This document shows, piece by piece, positions 29,218 through 37,385 of a DNA stretch of 54,117 nt. Within the stretch, counting starts at the first letter, position 1. Each line of letters begins with the position of its first letter. This DNA is from Gemmatimonadaceae bacterium. Its GTDB lineage: Bacteria; Gemmatimonadota; Gemmatimonadetes; Gemmatimonadales; Gemmatimonadaceae. Both the position numbers and the translations under genes were made by a program. The notes beneath the pieces were generated by a model. The model was not told the origin of the DNA, did not search any database, and saw only the letters and a list, made by a program, of their open reading frames with translations. The stretch lies in the NCBI GenBank assembly GCA_025453875.1, contig JALOPN010000001.1:1-54117 (forward strand), read 5' to 3'.

Positions 29218-30102
29218 ATGGAACCTGCAGCTCCCGACATCAGCGAGTGGGTCGGACGCACCGAGACCGTGCACGACACGCTTGCCCCAGCGCAGGCGCT
29301 CGCCGTGGCGGCCATGTTCGACGACCCCAATCTAACGGCTCAGGTCGGCGATGCGATCCCGGCGCTCTGGCAGTGGTTCTATTTCCTGCCTCGCGCACCG
29401 CAGTCGCGCCTCGGTGAAGATGGCCATCCGGAGAAGGGCGGCTTCATGCCACCCATCAGCCTCCCCCGTCGCATGTTCGCTGGCGCGCGTGTGCGGATCC
29501 ACCGACCGCTCTCCATCGGACGACCGGCCGCGCGGCACGCCGTGATCCACGACGTGAGTCGCAAGGAAGGACGCTCCGGCTCGCTCGCGTTCGTGACCGT
29601 GCACTATCGCTTCGAGCAGGATGGCGTGCTCTGCATCGAGGAGGAGCAGGACATCGTATATCGCGAACCGGGGGCGCCCGTGCCCACGCCAACCGTGCAG
29701 CCGTGGCCTGACGCGCCGCCGCGGGCCGTGACGCAGGTGATGCACGTCGACACGCGACTGCTGTTCCGCTTTTCGGCGCTCACCTTCAATGCGCACCGTA
29801 TTCACTACGACCGCGAGTACGCGCGCACGGCCGAAGGGTATCCGGGGCTCGTCGTGCACGGACCGCTCACCGCGCACCTGCTGCTGCGACTCGCCGAGCG
29901 TCAGGAACACGATCGTGCGCGTGATGCGGGGCGCGCTGCCCGCGCCGTACGGACCTTCTCGTTTCGCGGGGTGGCGCCGTTGTTCGACATCGCGCCCTTT
30001 CGACTGCAGAGCGTCCGCGACGGCGATCAGGCGCAGCTGGTCGCCATCGGACCCGATGGCAACCCGGCGCTCACGGCCGATGTCTCGTTCGGCGAGAGCT
30101 GA
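29218..30102 (+). CDS. meh: MaoC/FAS1-dehydratase-like hydratase, mesaconyl-C4-CoA (or itaconyl-CoA) hydratase-like
   Basis: 294 aa. LWQWFYFLPRAPQS..GHP.KGGFMPP..PRRMFAG and FRFSALTFNAHRIHYDREYA..EGYPGLVVHGPL. It is divergent from the transferase operon. Confidence 0.7.
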   Translation: MEPAAPDISEWVGRTETVHDTLAPAQALAVAAMFDDPNLTAQVGDAIPALWQWFYFLPRAPQSRLGEDGHPEKGGFMPPISLPRRMFAGARVRIHRPLSIGRPAARHAVIHDVSRKEGRSGSLAFVTVHYRFEQDGVLCIEEEQDIVYREPGAPVPTPTVQPWPDAPPRAVTQVMHVDTRLLFRFSALTFNAHRIHYDREYARTAEGYPGLVVHGPLTAHLLLRLAERQEHDRARDAGRAARAVRTFSFRGVAPLFDIAPFRLQSVRDGDQAQLVAIGPDGNPALTADVSFGES

Positions 30103-30161
30103 CGCGCGGAAGGTTGCGTCGCGACCGTGAACCTTGGCGCTCGTTCACACGTTACGCCTGC

Positions 30162-30686
30162 ATGACCCAACACGACACCACGATGGATTCTTCCGCGCGT
30201 TCCGCGTTCGACTTCGACGCCACCACGATTGACGGCGCCGCGCGCTCCTTGCGCGACTACGCTGGTCAGGTGCTCCTCATCGTCAACGTGGCCAGCCAGT
30301 GCGGCCTGACGCCGCAGTACGCAGGGCTGGAGCAGCTCTGGCGCACTTACCGCGAGCGCGGCTTCACCGTGCTCGGATTCCCCTGCAATCAGTTCGGCGC
30401 GCAGGAGCCGGGCACCGAAGCGCAGATCGCCACCTTCTGCGAAACGCGATTCGACGTGACCTTCCCGCTCTTTGCCAAGATCGATGTGAATGGCGACGGC
30501 GCGCACCCGCTCTGGAAGTGGATGCGTCAGGAAGAGCCGGGATTGCTGGGCAGTGAAGCCATCAAGTGGAACTTCACCAAGTTTCTCATCGGCCGTGACG
30601 GCCGCGTGCTGCAGCGCTTCGCGCCGACCAGCACGCCCGAGTCCCTTGTCTCCGCCATCGAGGCGGCCCTCGCGCAGCCCGCCTGA
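30162..30686 (+). CDS. glutathione peroxidase (Cys-type, BtuE-like)
   Basis: LLIVNVASQCGLTPQY, LGFPCNQFGAQEPG, WNFTKFLIGRDG. I chose the ATG at 30162; the MDSS start 21 nt downstream is also possible. Confidence 0.9.
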   Translation: MTQHDTTMDSSARSAFDFDATTIDGAARSLRDYAGQVLLIVNVASQCGLTPQYAGLEQLWRTYRERGFTVLGFPCNQFGAQEPGTEAQIATFCETRFDVTFPLFAKIDVNGDGAHPLWKWMRQEEPGLLGSEAIKWNFTKFLIGRDGRVLQRFAPTSTPESLVSAIEAALAQPA

Positions 30687-30693
30687 ACGCAAC

Positions 30694-30723
30694 GCGGGCC
30701 ACCACGCGATCGTGGTGGCCCGC
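30694..30723. terminator. GC-rich hairpin between convergent gpx and M28 peptidase genes
   Basis: GCGGGCCACCACG-cgat-CGTGGTGGCCCGC is a perfect 13-bp stem. A second small hairpin, CCGCGCG-atctc-CGCGCGG, follows. There is no U-tract. Confidence 0.5.
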
Positions 30724-30746
30724 GTCACCGCGCGATCTCCGCGCGG

Positions 30747-32429
30747 TCAGCCCCCGCAGCGCGCCGCGGGATCTTGCTGGTCGCGCGGCAACACGGCCAG
30801 ACGCTGCGGCCGATTCGCGATGGTCGAGGCGATGTCGTGCACGAAGCGTGCGACGCGTGCGCTCAGATCGTAGTTGATGTACTGCGGCTCGTCCGTCGGC
30901 ATGTGGTAGTCGCGCGAGTACCCGAGCGAGAAGTACGTCGTGGGAATGCCCTTGCGGATGTAGCTGACCTGATCGCTGCGGCAGAATCGGTTGAGCCGAT
31001 TCGTGCGGTCCCACGAATAGTCGATGACCATGGGTTCATCGCGCACCGCGTTCAGCGAATCGATCATGTCGCCGAACTCGACCGACACACGCCGCGAGCC
31101 GAGCATCTGCACCGAGTGCGGTCCACCGAACTTCACGTCGGTCACGCGGCCCTTGCCGAGCATGTCCATGTTGTGCGCGGCCACGACGGAGTCGAGCGGC
31201 ACCGTGGGATGCTCCGTCCACCACGCCGAGCCGAGCAGCCCCTTCTCTTCGGCCGCGTGCGCGTGAAAGAGGATGGAACGTGCCGGCCGCGGACCCGTGG
31301 CAAAGCGTTCGGCGATCTCGAGCAGCACCATGCTGCCGCTGCCGTCATCATCGGCGCCGTTGTTCACCGTGTCGAGGCGCGGCGGTCGAACGGCGCGTGC
31401 CTTGGCGATGAGCCCGTTGATCTCGCCCCACTGCTGCGGCGTCACGGCATCGATCGACACGCGATCGTTCGCGCCTTGCGGACGCATCACCGTGTTGAAC
31501 GCGCGGAGTGAATCGTGGTCTGGCGCCGCCCCGCGCACCATGCCCACGTGGTCGCTGTGCGCACCGAGCAGCACGTATTGCCCCTTCCGCGCCGGATCGG
31601 CCCCCGGCAGGATGGCGAGGACGTTGCGCACCGGATGCTCGAGCGCCGTGTACGTGTACGTCCACGCACCGCTCAGCGGCTGCCCTGTGGCGCCGGCGGC
31701 GAGTCCGCTCGCGGCCTGCCCGAAGAGTCGCGACAGCGCGCCCGATGTGATGAGCGCGCCGCCCATGGTGCCCGCGACATTCACCTTCATGCCGACGCGC
31801 TCCGTGAACGCCGTGCTCGGCAGGTTGTCCGAGACAAAGAGCAGGACGGCGGCGCCGGCGGCGCGAGCCGCCGCGATCGCGGCCGGTGGCTGCCCCCCAG
31901 CAGGTGCGCCCACGAACACCACGGCGCGTCCCTTCATCTGCTCGGCCGAGAGCGCGGCCTGCGCCACCGGGCCGGCGAACACCGGTACGACGCCGTCGAA
32001 CGTCACCGCACCCGACACGCCCAGCGCCGCATTCGGAGGCAGCGGCGCGAAGTCGGTGCCCGCGACCAGACGCGCCCGTCCGGCGCGCAACGTGGTGCGG
32101 TTCGCGACATACGCGGAGCGCCCGTAGTCGAGCACCTGGAAGTATGTGCCGTTCTCGCCGGCCGGGATCAGGCCGAGCCGCTTGAACTCGGCCGCGATGT
32201 AGTCGGTGCCCTTGATGTTGCCGAGCGTACCCGCCTCGCGCCCCATCATGGAATCGTCGGCGAACTGGTAGAGGCGTGTGCGCAGATCGTTGGCCGTGAT
32301 GGCCGCTTCGGTGGGGCGCGGTGCCCAGGTGCGCGGGCCTTCGTCGGGCCAGACGGTCTGGGCGACGAGGGGCGACGAGGCGGGCAGCAGGAGCGCGGTC
32401 AGAGCCGCGAGGACGACGGGAGATCGCAT
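30747..32429 (-). CDS. secreted M28-family aminopeptidase with a PA (protease-associated) insert
   Basis: The ATG at 32429 gives the signal MRSPVVLAALTALLLPASSPLVAQ. The metal-ligand motifs are GAHSDHVG, NNGADDDGSG and AAEEKGLLGS. The 183 codons upstream in the track ORF are rejected as not protein-like. Confidence 0.85.
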   Translation of the reverse strand: MRSPVVLAALTALLLPASSPLVAQTVWPDEGPRTWAPRPTEAAITANDLRTRLYQFADDSMMGREAGTLGNIKGTDYIAAEFKRLGLIPAGENGTYFQVLDYGRSAYVANRTTLRAGRARLVAGTDFAPLPPNAALGVSGAVTFDGVVPVFAGPVAQAALSAEQMKGRAVVFVGAPAGGQPPAAIAAARAAGAAVLLFVSDNLPSTAFTERVGMKVNVAGTMGGALITSGALSRLFGQAASGLAAGATGQPLSGAWTYTYTALEHPVRNVLAILPGADPARKGQYVLLGAHSDHVGMVRGAAPDHDSLRAFNTVMRPQGANDRVSIDAVTPQQWGEINGLIAKARAVRPPRLDTVNNGADDDGSGSMVLLEIAERFATGPRPARSILFHAHAAEEKGLLGSAWWTEHPTVPLDSVVAAHNMDMLGKGRVTDVKFGGPHSVQMLGSRRVSVEFGDMIDSLNAVRDEPMVIDYSWDRTNRLNRFCRSDQVSYIRKGIPTTYFSLGYSRDYHMPTDEPQYINYDLSARVARFVHDIASTIANRPQRLAVLPRDQQDPAARCGG

Positions 32430-33418
32430 CGGGGGCGGGGCAGGAGTGGGGTGACCACAGAAATGTCGCCCACGCGGTATGTTGGCGCCATGCAACGCAC
32501 CCCTCTCTCCTCTGTGACGCGTCCCTCGGCACGACTCGCGATCGCCCTCGTGGCGGTTGTACGCGCCAGCCGCATGCAGGCGATACAGGCGCGGCGAGCC
32601 TGATCCGCTCAATGCCAGGAGACCCAGCCTGACCTGCTGACGGGTGACGTGAGGCGCGACGCGACAAGCATCCGGACTCTCGTGCGGTCGTCGATCGCTC
32701 TCAATCGTGACGCACAGCCCGACCGAACCCGTGGTTGGCGCCGCCTGACATCCGCATAATCGCAGCCGATGCATCCTGAGCGCGTTCTCCACCGGTTGCC
32801 GCTGGTGTTCGGCGTCTGGAAGAACCTGAGACCCGCATGGAGACGCGGATTGGCGCCATAGGTGAAAGGCTCTCGTCGATGAGGCAACACCCTCGGGCCA
32901 TTGGTGATGACGGGTGTCCCCGCGAAGAATCACGAGTATCTGCTCCGGCGGAAGGACTTCGCCGACAAGCACGATCATGAAAAACTTAACGACCGCGAGC
33001 AGCCGTTCCGGCGGCCGTGCCGGTCATGATCGCTGAGTGGCAGGCGACGGTGCCGGAGCCGAAGACGCGCTGCCTTGGGCGATACGTGCAGGCTCGAGGA
33101 GCGTCCCTCAAGAACTAGTGGTACGCGTGCACGAGGGTGCGCACGAATTCTGCACCATTGAAAACAATGATGCTTGAGCACGCAATCAATCTGGGACCGG
33201 GTGCGAGTCACGCTAACGCAGGAGTCAGTGAGCGCAACTTCCGTCCTCCACCGAACCGTTCCACTGTTGGACTCCACCGGCATCATGTCCCTTCAGCCGC
33301 CGTACGCGGTGGCGTCGCGCCGGGTCGAACGCTGTCACGGGGCAGACGAGGCGCCCGGGTGGACCTGTGCCATCGATACAGCGGTACGCCGTGGCGGGTT
33401 GATCCGTGCGCAATACCC

Positions 33419-33448
33419 GTTCCTGTGCATACTCTGTAGCACAGGAAC
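33419..33448. repeat. perfect 10-bp inverted repeat (hairpin or protein-binding site) in ORF-poor DNA
   Basis: GTTCCTGTGC-atactctgta-GCACAGGAAC, read directly from the sequence. It is not followed by a T-tract on either strand. Confidence 0.6.
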
Positions 33449-33890
33449 CATAAGAACGAACAGCGCTTCACGCATGACGTCTGGCAATCTCGTGCGCTGC
33501 GCGCGATTGGCGGATGAATGGACAGCATCCGGCTCGGCTTGCGCATTGTCACTGCGGCGGACACCGTATCGAGGAGGAGGTCGAAGTGGGTGCTGCGCCG
33601 AGTCAGACTCGAACAGCGCGATCGCAGCCATCTACTCGGAGACACCCAAACACCGCTGGAGGTAGCCGATGTGTAGCATCGTACCGATCGGTCGTGGGCG
33701 CTGGCCTCCCTCGCAACCGGCAAGTGGTGCGCGCCGATCGCCTCGATCCTGTCTTCGCGGGACTACGTGGTCGATGCAACCGCAATCGCGCAGCTTTCTC
33801 CCGACGATACTGTCGCTCGGGAACTCTCCTGTGTGCACAAGCCCGTATACGGCGGGCCAAAGCAGCACCTCACTCGACCGGAACCAACAC

Positions 33891-34163
33891 ATGAGCATTC
33901 CAGAACAGTACGCTTACGCTTGTTCCAGACTCGCAAGGTTATTGTCAAGAAGCTCAATCCGAACTCGTATCGTCGAGTTGCTCGTGCAGGGAAAGTCTCG
34001 GAAAGCCATCGCGAGCGCCTTAAATCGCTCGCCGCACACGATTGATGCACACATCAAGCAGCTATATCGCGGCGTGGGAGTATATGATCGCGCACAGTTG
34101 ATCGTAGTCGCGGTACTCCTGTTCCGATTCGGGATATCTTCCCCCTCCCCCAATTTCGGGTAA
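33891..34163 (+). CDS. small LuxR/GerE-type helix-turn-helix transcription regulator (no receiver or ligand domain)
   Basis: LSRSSIRTRIVELLVQGKSRKAIASALNRSPHTIDAHIKQLYRGVGVYDRAQLIVVAV fits the LuxR_C HTH consensus (L..RE.EVL.L...G.S.K.IA..L.IS..TV..H...I..KLGV..R). I chose the ATG at 33891; the upstream part of track ORF 33669 is not protein-like. Confidence 0.7.
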   Translation: MSIPEQYAYACSRLARLLSRSSIRTRIVELLVQGKSRKAIASALNRSPHTIDAHIKQLYRGVGVYDRAQLIVVAVLLFRFGISSPSPNFG

Positions 34164-34333
34164 TGGCGTCGAGTAGGCTTGCTCGGCACAGTTATGCAAG
34201 CACGGTCGGAGCGTGATCATTTGTCTCATCGGTAACGGACCTGCAATACGACACGTGGCTCGGGTTGCGAGCAATGGCGCGACGATCGTCGTGTACGTCG
34301 AGGGGCGGAGTCACAATCGAGGAGTGCCTGGTT

Positions 34334-35575
34334 ATGAGCGTGTTCGATGCTTCGTTGGTGACAAGCAGCCAGCAAGTCTCCGCCGCGCTGCTGGCAGTCT
34401 TCCAGTCACTCGTGACGCCCAGCCGCTACAGCAAACTTGCGAAGTCGATGACATGGGTATGCGCTGGGTTCCTTCTCGCTGCGTGCGCTCGCGATCCTCT
34501 GCCGGTTCCGTGGCGCCAATGGCCCGACGGCTCGACCGATCGGGTGCTCATTGATGCAAGTAGCGATTGTTCCGGCTGCTTGGTGCTTACGACGAAGGCG
34601 ACTCTCGGTGCAGAGCCGAGTGAAGGAGTCCTCGAGGACAAAGGGGCGCTCGAGTACGTGGTCCAAGATTCGGCTGGCAGGTACTGGGTCGGTCAGCGAG
34701 GTGCCGCGAAAGTTTTCTCGCCTTCTGGCAAGTACCTCCGAACGGTCGGCGCTCGCGGCCAAGGGCCCTTCGAGTTCGAATTCGCTCAGCCGGTTGCAGT
34801 GGACGAAGCGGGAATGATTCGACTGCTTGACCCTCGCCTTGGACGTGAGACGGTGGTCCGGGCCGACTTCAGTTTCTTCAGCGATGGGCCGATGCCCGTC
34901 GGCTTCGGTGATGTGGCACGCCTTCCCGGAAACGGAAGCCGATATGTCCTCGCAAAGTGGATCGCGACTCCCGAGAGAGTTGGCTTTCCACTTCACATCG
35001 TCTCGGGACTCGACATCGAACGGTCATTCGGCGTGTCCCCGAGTGTCGACACCTCCGTCATGACTCCGAGCGACGCTGAACGGGTACTGGCCGTGACCGC
35101 GGACGGCTACGTATGGTCGGCGACGCTCGATCGGTACATCATCGAGGCGTGGGACACTACAGGTCGACGGATCGTGGGTTTCGAGTTGCCGAGGCTCAAC
35201 GAAGGTACCGTCCGCCCCGGTGCTTGGTCGTGGGAGAATCCACCGCCGAATCACCTCGGTGCCGTCGCTCCTTTTGATGACCGGTTTCTCCTAGTGATTA
35301 CGCGCCACCGCAAGGCGAACTGGAAGGATCTTGTGATCGAGCGCGTTTCTCCAGACGGCGTTCCCTATCTGAGCGCAAAGGACGGTCAAGTGCCATCCTT
35401 GTATCGTTCTCGGCTCGATCTGCTGGATCTCGACCGCGCTACGGTTGTCGCAAGCACTTGGTACGACGGGTGGTTGATGAGATTCGTTGCGCCGCAGAGC
35501 GTCGTTCAACTGACCTATTCCAAAGACGGGTGGCCTGTGCTTCGAGTTCTCGGGATCGCCTATCGCCAGCAGTAG
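34334..35575 (+). CDS. lipoprotein, probable 6-bladed (NHL/TolB-like) beta-propeller
   Basis: The lipobox is KLAKSMTWVCAGFLLAAC. Propeller-like strands recur, including DSAGRYWVGQRG..KVFSPSGKYLRTVGARGQGPFEF..PVAVDEAGMIRLLD. The start is uncertain: ATG 34334 (GAGGA upstream), GTG 34412 or ATG 34448. The codons are A/T-richer than in the flanking genes. Confidence 0.6.
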   Translation: MSVFDASLVTSSQQVSAALLAVFQSLVTPSRYSKLAKSMTWVCAGFLLAACARDPLPVPWRQWPDGSTDRVLIDASSDCSGCLVLTTKATLGAEPSEGVLEDKGALEYVVQDSAGRYWVGQRGAAKVFSPSGKYLRTVGARGQGPFEFEFAQPVAVDEAGMIRLLDPRLGRETVVRADFSFFSDGPMPVGFGDVARLPGNGSRYVLAKWIATPERVGFPLHIVSGLDIERSFGVSPSVDTSVMTPSDAERVLAVTADGYVWSATLDRYIIEAWDTTGRRIVGFELPRLNEGTVRPGAWSWENPPPNHLGAVAPFDDRFLLVITRHRKANWKDLVIERVSPDGVPYLSAKDGQVPSLYRSRLDLLDLDRATVVASTWYDGWLMRFVAPQSVVQLTYSKDGWPVLRVLGIAYRQQ

Positions 35576-35621
35576 TACCTTTCGCCCGCCAGTAAATCGT
35601 CACGTCCACAGAGGGGTTGAG

Positions 35622-36125
35622 ATGGCTGGTCATTACTCGTTAAGCACATTCGTCGTTGGCGCACTTGCCTCGTTGCTGCTCGCTGCCGCGATGCCCAAGA
35701 CGTCCTTGGCACAAGGTAAGGACTGCGGGAGCAACTGCGGCTCATGCGGTACAGGCAAGAAGGAAGGGTTTGGTTATCACGAGCTCGGCGAGTACAACAT
35801 GACCTGTGCCGAAGCCGTCACTGGGTGCTTTCGCTGCTGGGGGCAGCACACACTCGTGCGTGAGTCGCCCCTGAGTGCCGAGGGCCTCTTGCGAGCGATC
35901 CGCACGTCATCGCTCGATGACTTAGTTCGGCTCGCGCCTTCGCTCAAGGGGCAGGTGTTCGTGTACCCGCAGCGCAAGATGGTTGCCGTTCGAGGTGAAG
36001 AATGCGCGAAGGATCGAATCGTTGCTCTCGCGTTTCTGCCACAAGACCGGATTGACGTCCTGACACGAAGGGGAATTGGCGATCTGGCGCAGTTCCTCGA
36101 TCAGGGATCCGTCGCGAGTCGATGA
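35622..36125 (+). CDS. exported Cys-rich protein of unknown function
   Basis: GAGGGG lies 5 nt before the ATG. The Sec signal is FVVGALASLLLAAAMPKTSLAQG. Two Cys triplets follow, CGSNCGSCG and CAEAVTGCFRC, plus one more Cys (EECAK) in the following ~100-aa domain, which I cannot assign. Its TGA overlaps the ATG of the next gene (ATGA at 36122..36125). Confidence 0.6.
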   Translation: MAGHYSLSTFVVGALASLLLAAAMPKTSLAQGKDCGSNCGSCGTGKKEGFGYHELGEYNMTCAEAVTGCFRCWGQHTLVRESPLSAEGLLRAIRTSSLDDLVRLAPSLKGQVFVYPQRKMVAVRGEECAKDRIVALAFLPQDRIDVLTRRGIGDLAQFLDQGSVASR

Positions 36126-37015
36126 ACATCGCAGCGCCCGCGGTTGGAACGGCAGAAGCCCGGCACGGAAGAAACTGTGCCGGGTCTGTGGTTCCCGCTT
36201 ACGATCTGCTCCGTTCAGTAGGGGCTGCGCTAGCTCGCTGGTTCGGTTCGGTTGTGTGTGTCCCGGCTTTGGCGGCGCAGCCCCAGAATCCAATCGCGCA
36301 CGAAGTTGAGGCCGGTTGGTTCCGAGTGATCGCACCAGCAGGTGCCGTCGGGAAAACAACGTACGAGCGCGTCACCACCGCTGCTCGCTCCCAGCGACCG
36401 CTTCCTGGTCTTCCTCAAGGCGTACTGCGACAGACGCAGGTCACGATCAGTCTCGCACTTCGCATGAACGAAGACATGGTTGGATGGGCGTCTACTGAGG
36501 GTGGACTTGTCGTATTGCGGCTGGCAGATGTTGAGAAATGGGATGATCAGACCCTGTATCGAAACCTGCGACACGAACTGGCTCACGTCGGCCTTTCGCG
36601 ATACCTGCTGGGTGCGAAGGTTCCTCGATGGCTGGCGGAAGGATACAGCGAGTTCGCTGCTGGAGGCCTGACATGCGAGCGTGAAGTACGGTTGATCTTC
36701 TTCTTGCGGAGTCAGCAGCAAGAAAGGGACAGTGCACGCTTAAGACTACGCCTTGACGAGATCGGCAACACACGCCTCGGCTACGACTTGTTCGCCAGTT
36801 TCTTCGCCTTCCTCGAGGCCTCACCGATGTCATCGGTAACGAGTGGCATGATGTTCGCGAACATGCAACGCTGGGGTGTGGATGAGGGATTGCGACGCAC
36901 GTTCGGAGTGAGCATTGAGGTGCTCGAGCAACGATGGCGCTCGCCATTAGTGAAGAAGTATCGCCAAAGTCTAGACGTTGTCACCGAACGTTGCGTTGCG
37001 GCAGACGTGCGCTGA
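36122..37015 (+). CDS. exported MA-clan zinc metallopeptidase (Peptidase_MA_2-like, HExxH + WLxEG)
   Basis: LRHELAHVGLSRYLLGAKVPRWLAEGYSEF contains HExxH with a Glu about 18 residues downstream, the gluzincin arrangement. The N-terminal region has a signal-like segment ARWFGSVVCVPALAAQ. Confidence 0.7.
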   Translation: MNIAAPAVGTAEARHGRNCAGSVVPAYDLLRSVGAALARWFGSVVCVPALAAQPQNPIAHEVEAGWFRVIAPAGAVGKTTYERVTTAARSQRPLPGLPQGVLRQTQVTISLALRMNEDMVGWASTEGGLVVLRLADVEKWDDQTLYRNLRHELAHVGLSRYLLGAKVPRWLAEGYSEFAAGGLTCEREVRLIFFLRSQQQERDSARLRLRLDEIGNTRLGYDLFASFFAFLEASPMSSVTSGMMFANMQRWGVDEGLRRTFGVSIEVLEQRWRSPLVKKYRQSLDVVTERCVAADVR

Positions 37016-37385
37016 AGAGTCCGCTCGCTATGTGGACACCTGCTTGAGTTCAGCGCGGGCTGATTGGCGTGAGATCGAGGGGGGGAGCGGTGCGGCATCC
37101 GTTGGCCCCTTTTCGAGGTCGGTCTATCACCCTCGGGAGGATCGCAGCATCGAAGAGGAGCCACCGCCCGCGGTGACCACCCGGCTCCGCGCGGCCTTGT
37201 TACGCCACGCTCGACTGGTTGCTTCGTGGGCACACGCAGACCTTCCCGCACGGCGTGATGCAGGACGAATCAATCGAACCGCCAGGGGCAGACCGACAGG
37301 GACGTCGTACTGCCGAGGCGAGGGCTAATCGCGGTCGCTATCGCCCGCCTCGCAACATGGAGTCGGTGAACGGCATGGATAGCTT

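Noticed and set aside
23056-29335. Plus-strand ORFs 23056..24441, 24350..25990, 25534..26439, 27156..27959 and 27887..29335.
   Set aside because: All are antisense to the mch, mcl, mct and CoA-transferase genes, which have strong family signatures.
32760-33130. Possible decayed IS5/IS3-type transposase fragments. Examples are the plus-frame peptides ...VFGVWKNLRPAWRRG and ...EKLNDREQPFRRP, and the minus-frame IIVFNGAEFVRTLVHAYH.
   Set aside because: The similarities are only a few residues long and broken by stops in every frame. This is insufficient to call a mobile element or pseudogene without a BLASTx search.
32430-33890. I looked for a tRNA gene, integrase or att-type direct repeats at the edges of the low-G+C insert.
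   Set aside because: No cloverleaf-compatible sequence is present. The closest T-arm-like string, near 33600, has a 3-nt loop. I also found no integrase motifs and could not identify matching direct repeats by eye. A computational repeat search is still needed.
35622-36125. The CGSNCGSCG motif matches the radical-SAM CxxxCxxC spacing.
   Set aside because: The protein has a Sec signal peptide and is only 167 aa. It lacks the SAM-binding GGE and glycine-rich motifs, so an exported disulfide or metal site is more plausible.
36978-37328. 116-aa plus-strand ORF overlapping the 3' end of the metallopeptidase gene.
   Set aside because: It has mixed third-position composition, no motif and no SD, and it overlaps a better-supported gene. 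I keep it only as a possibility under the flank finding.
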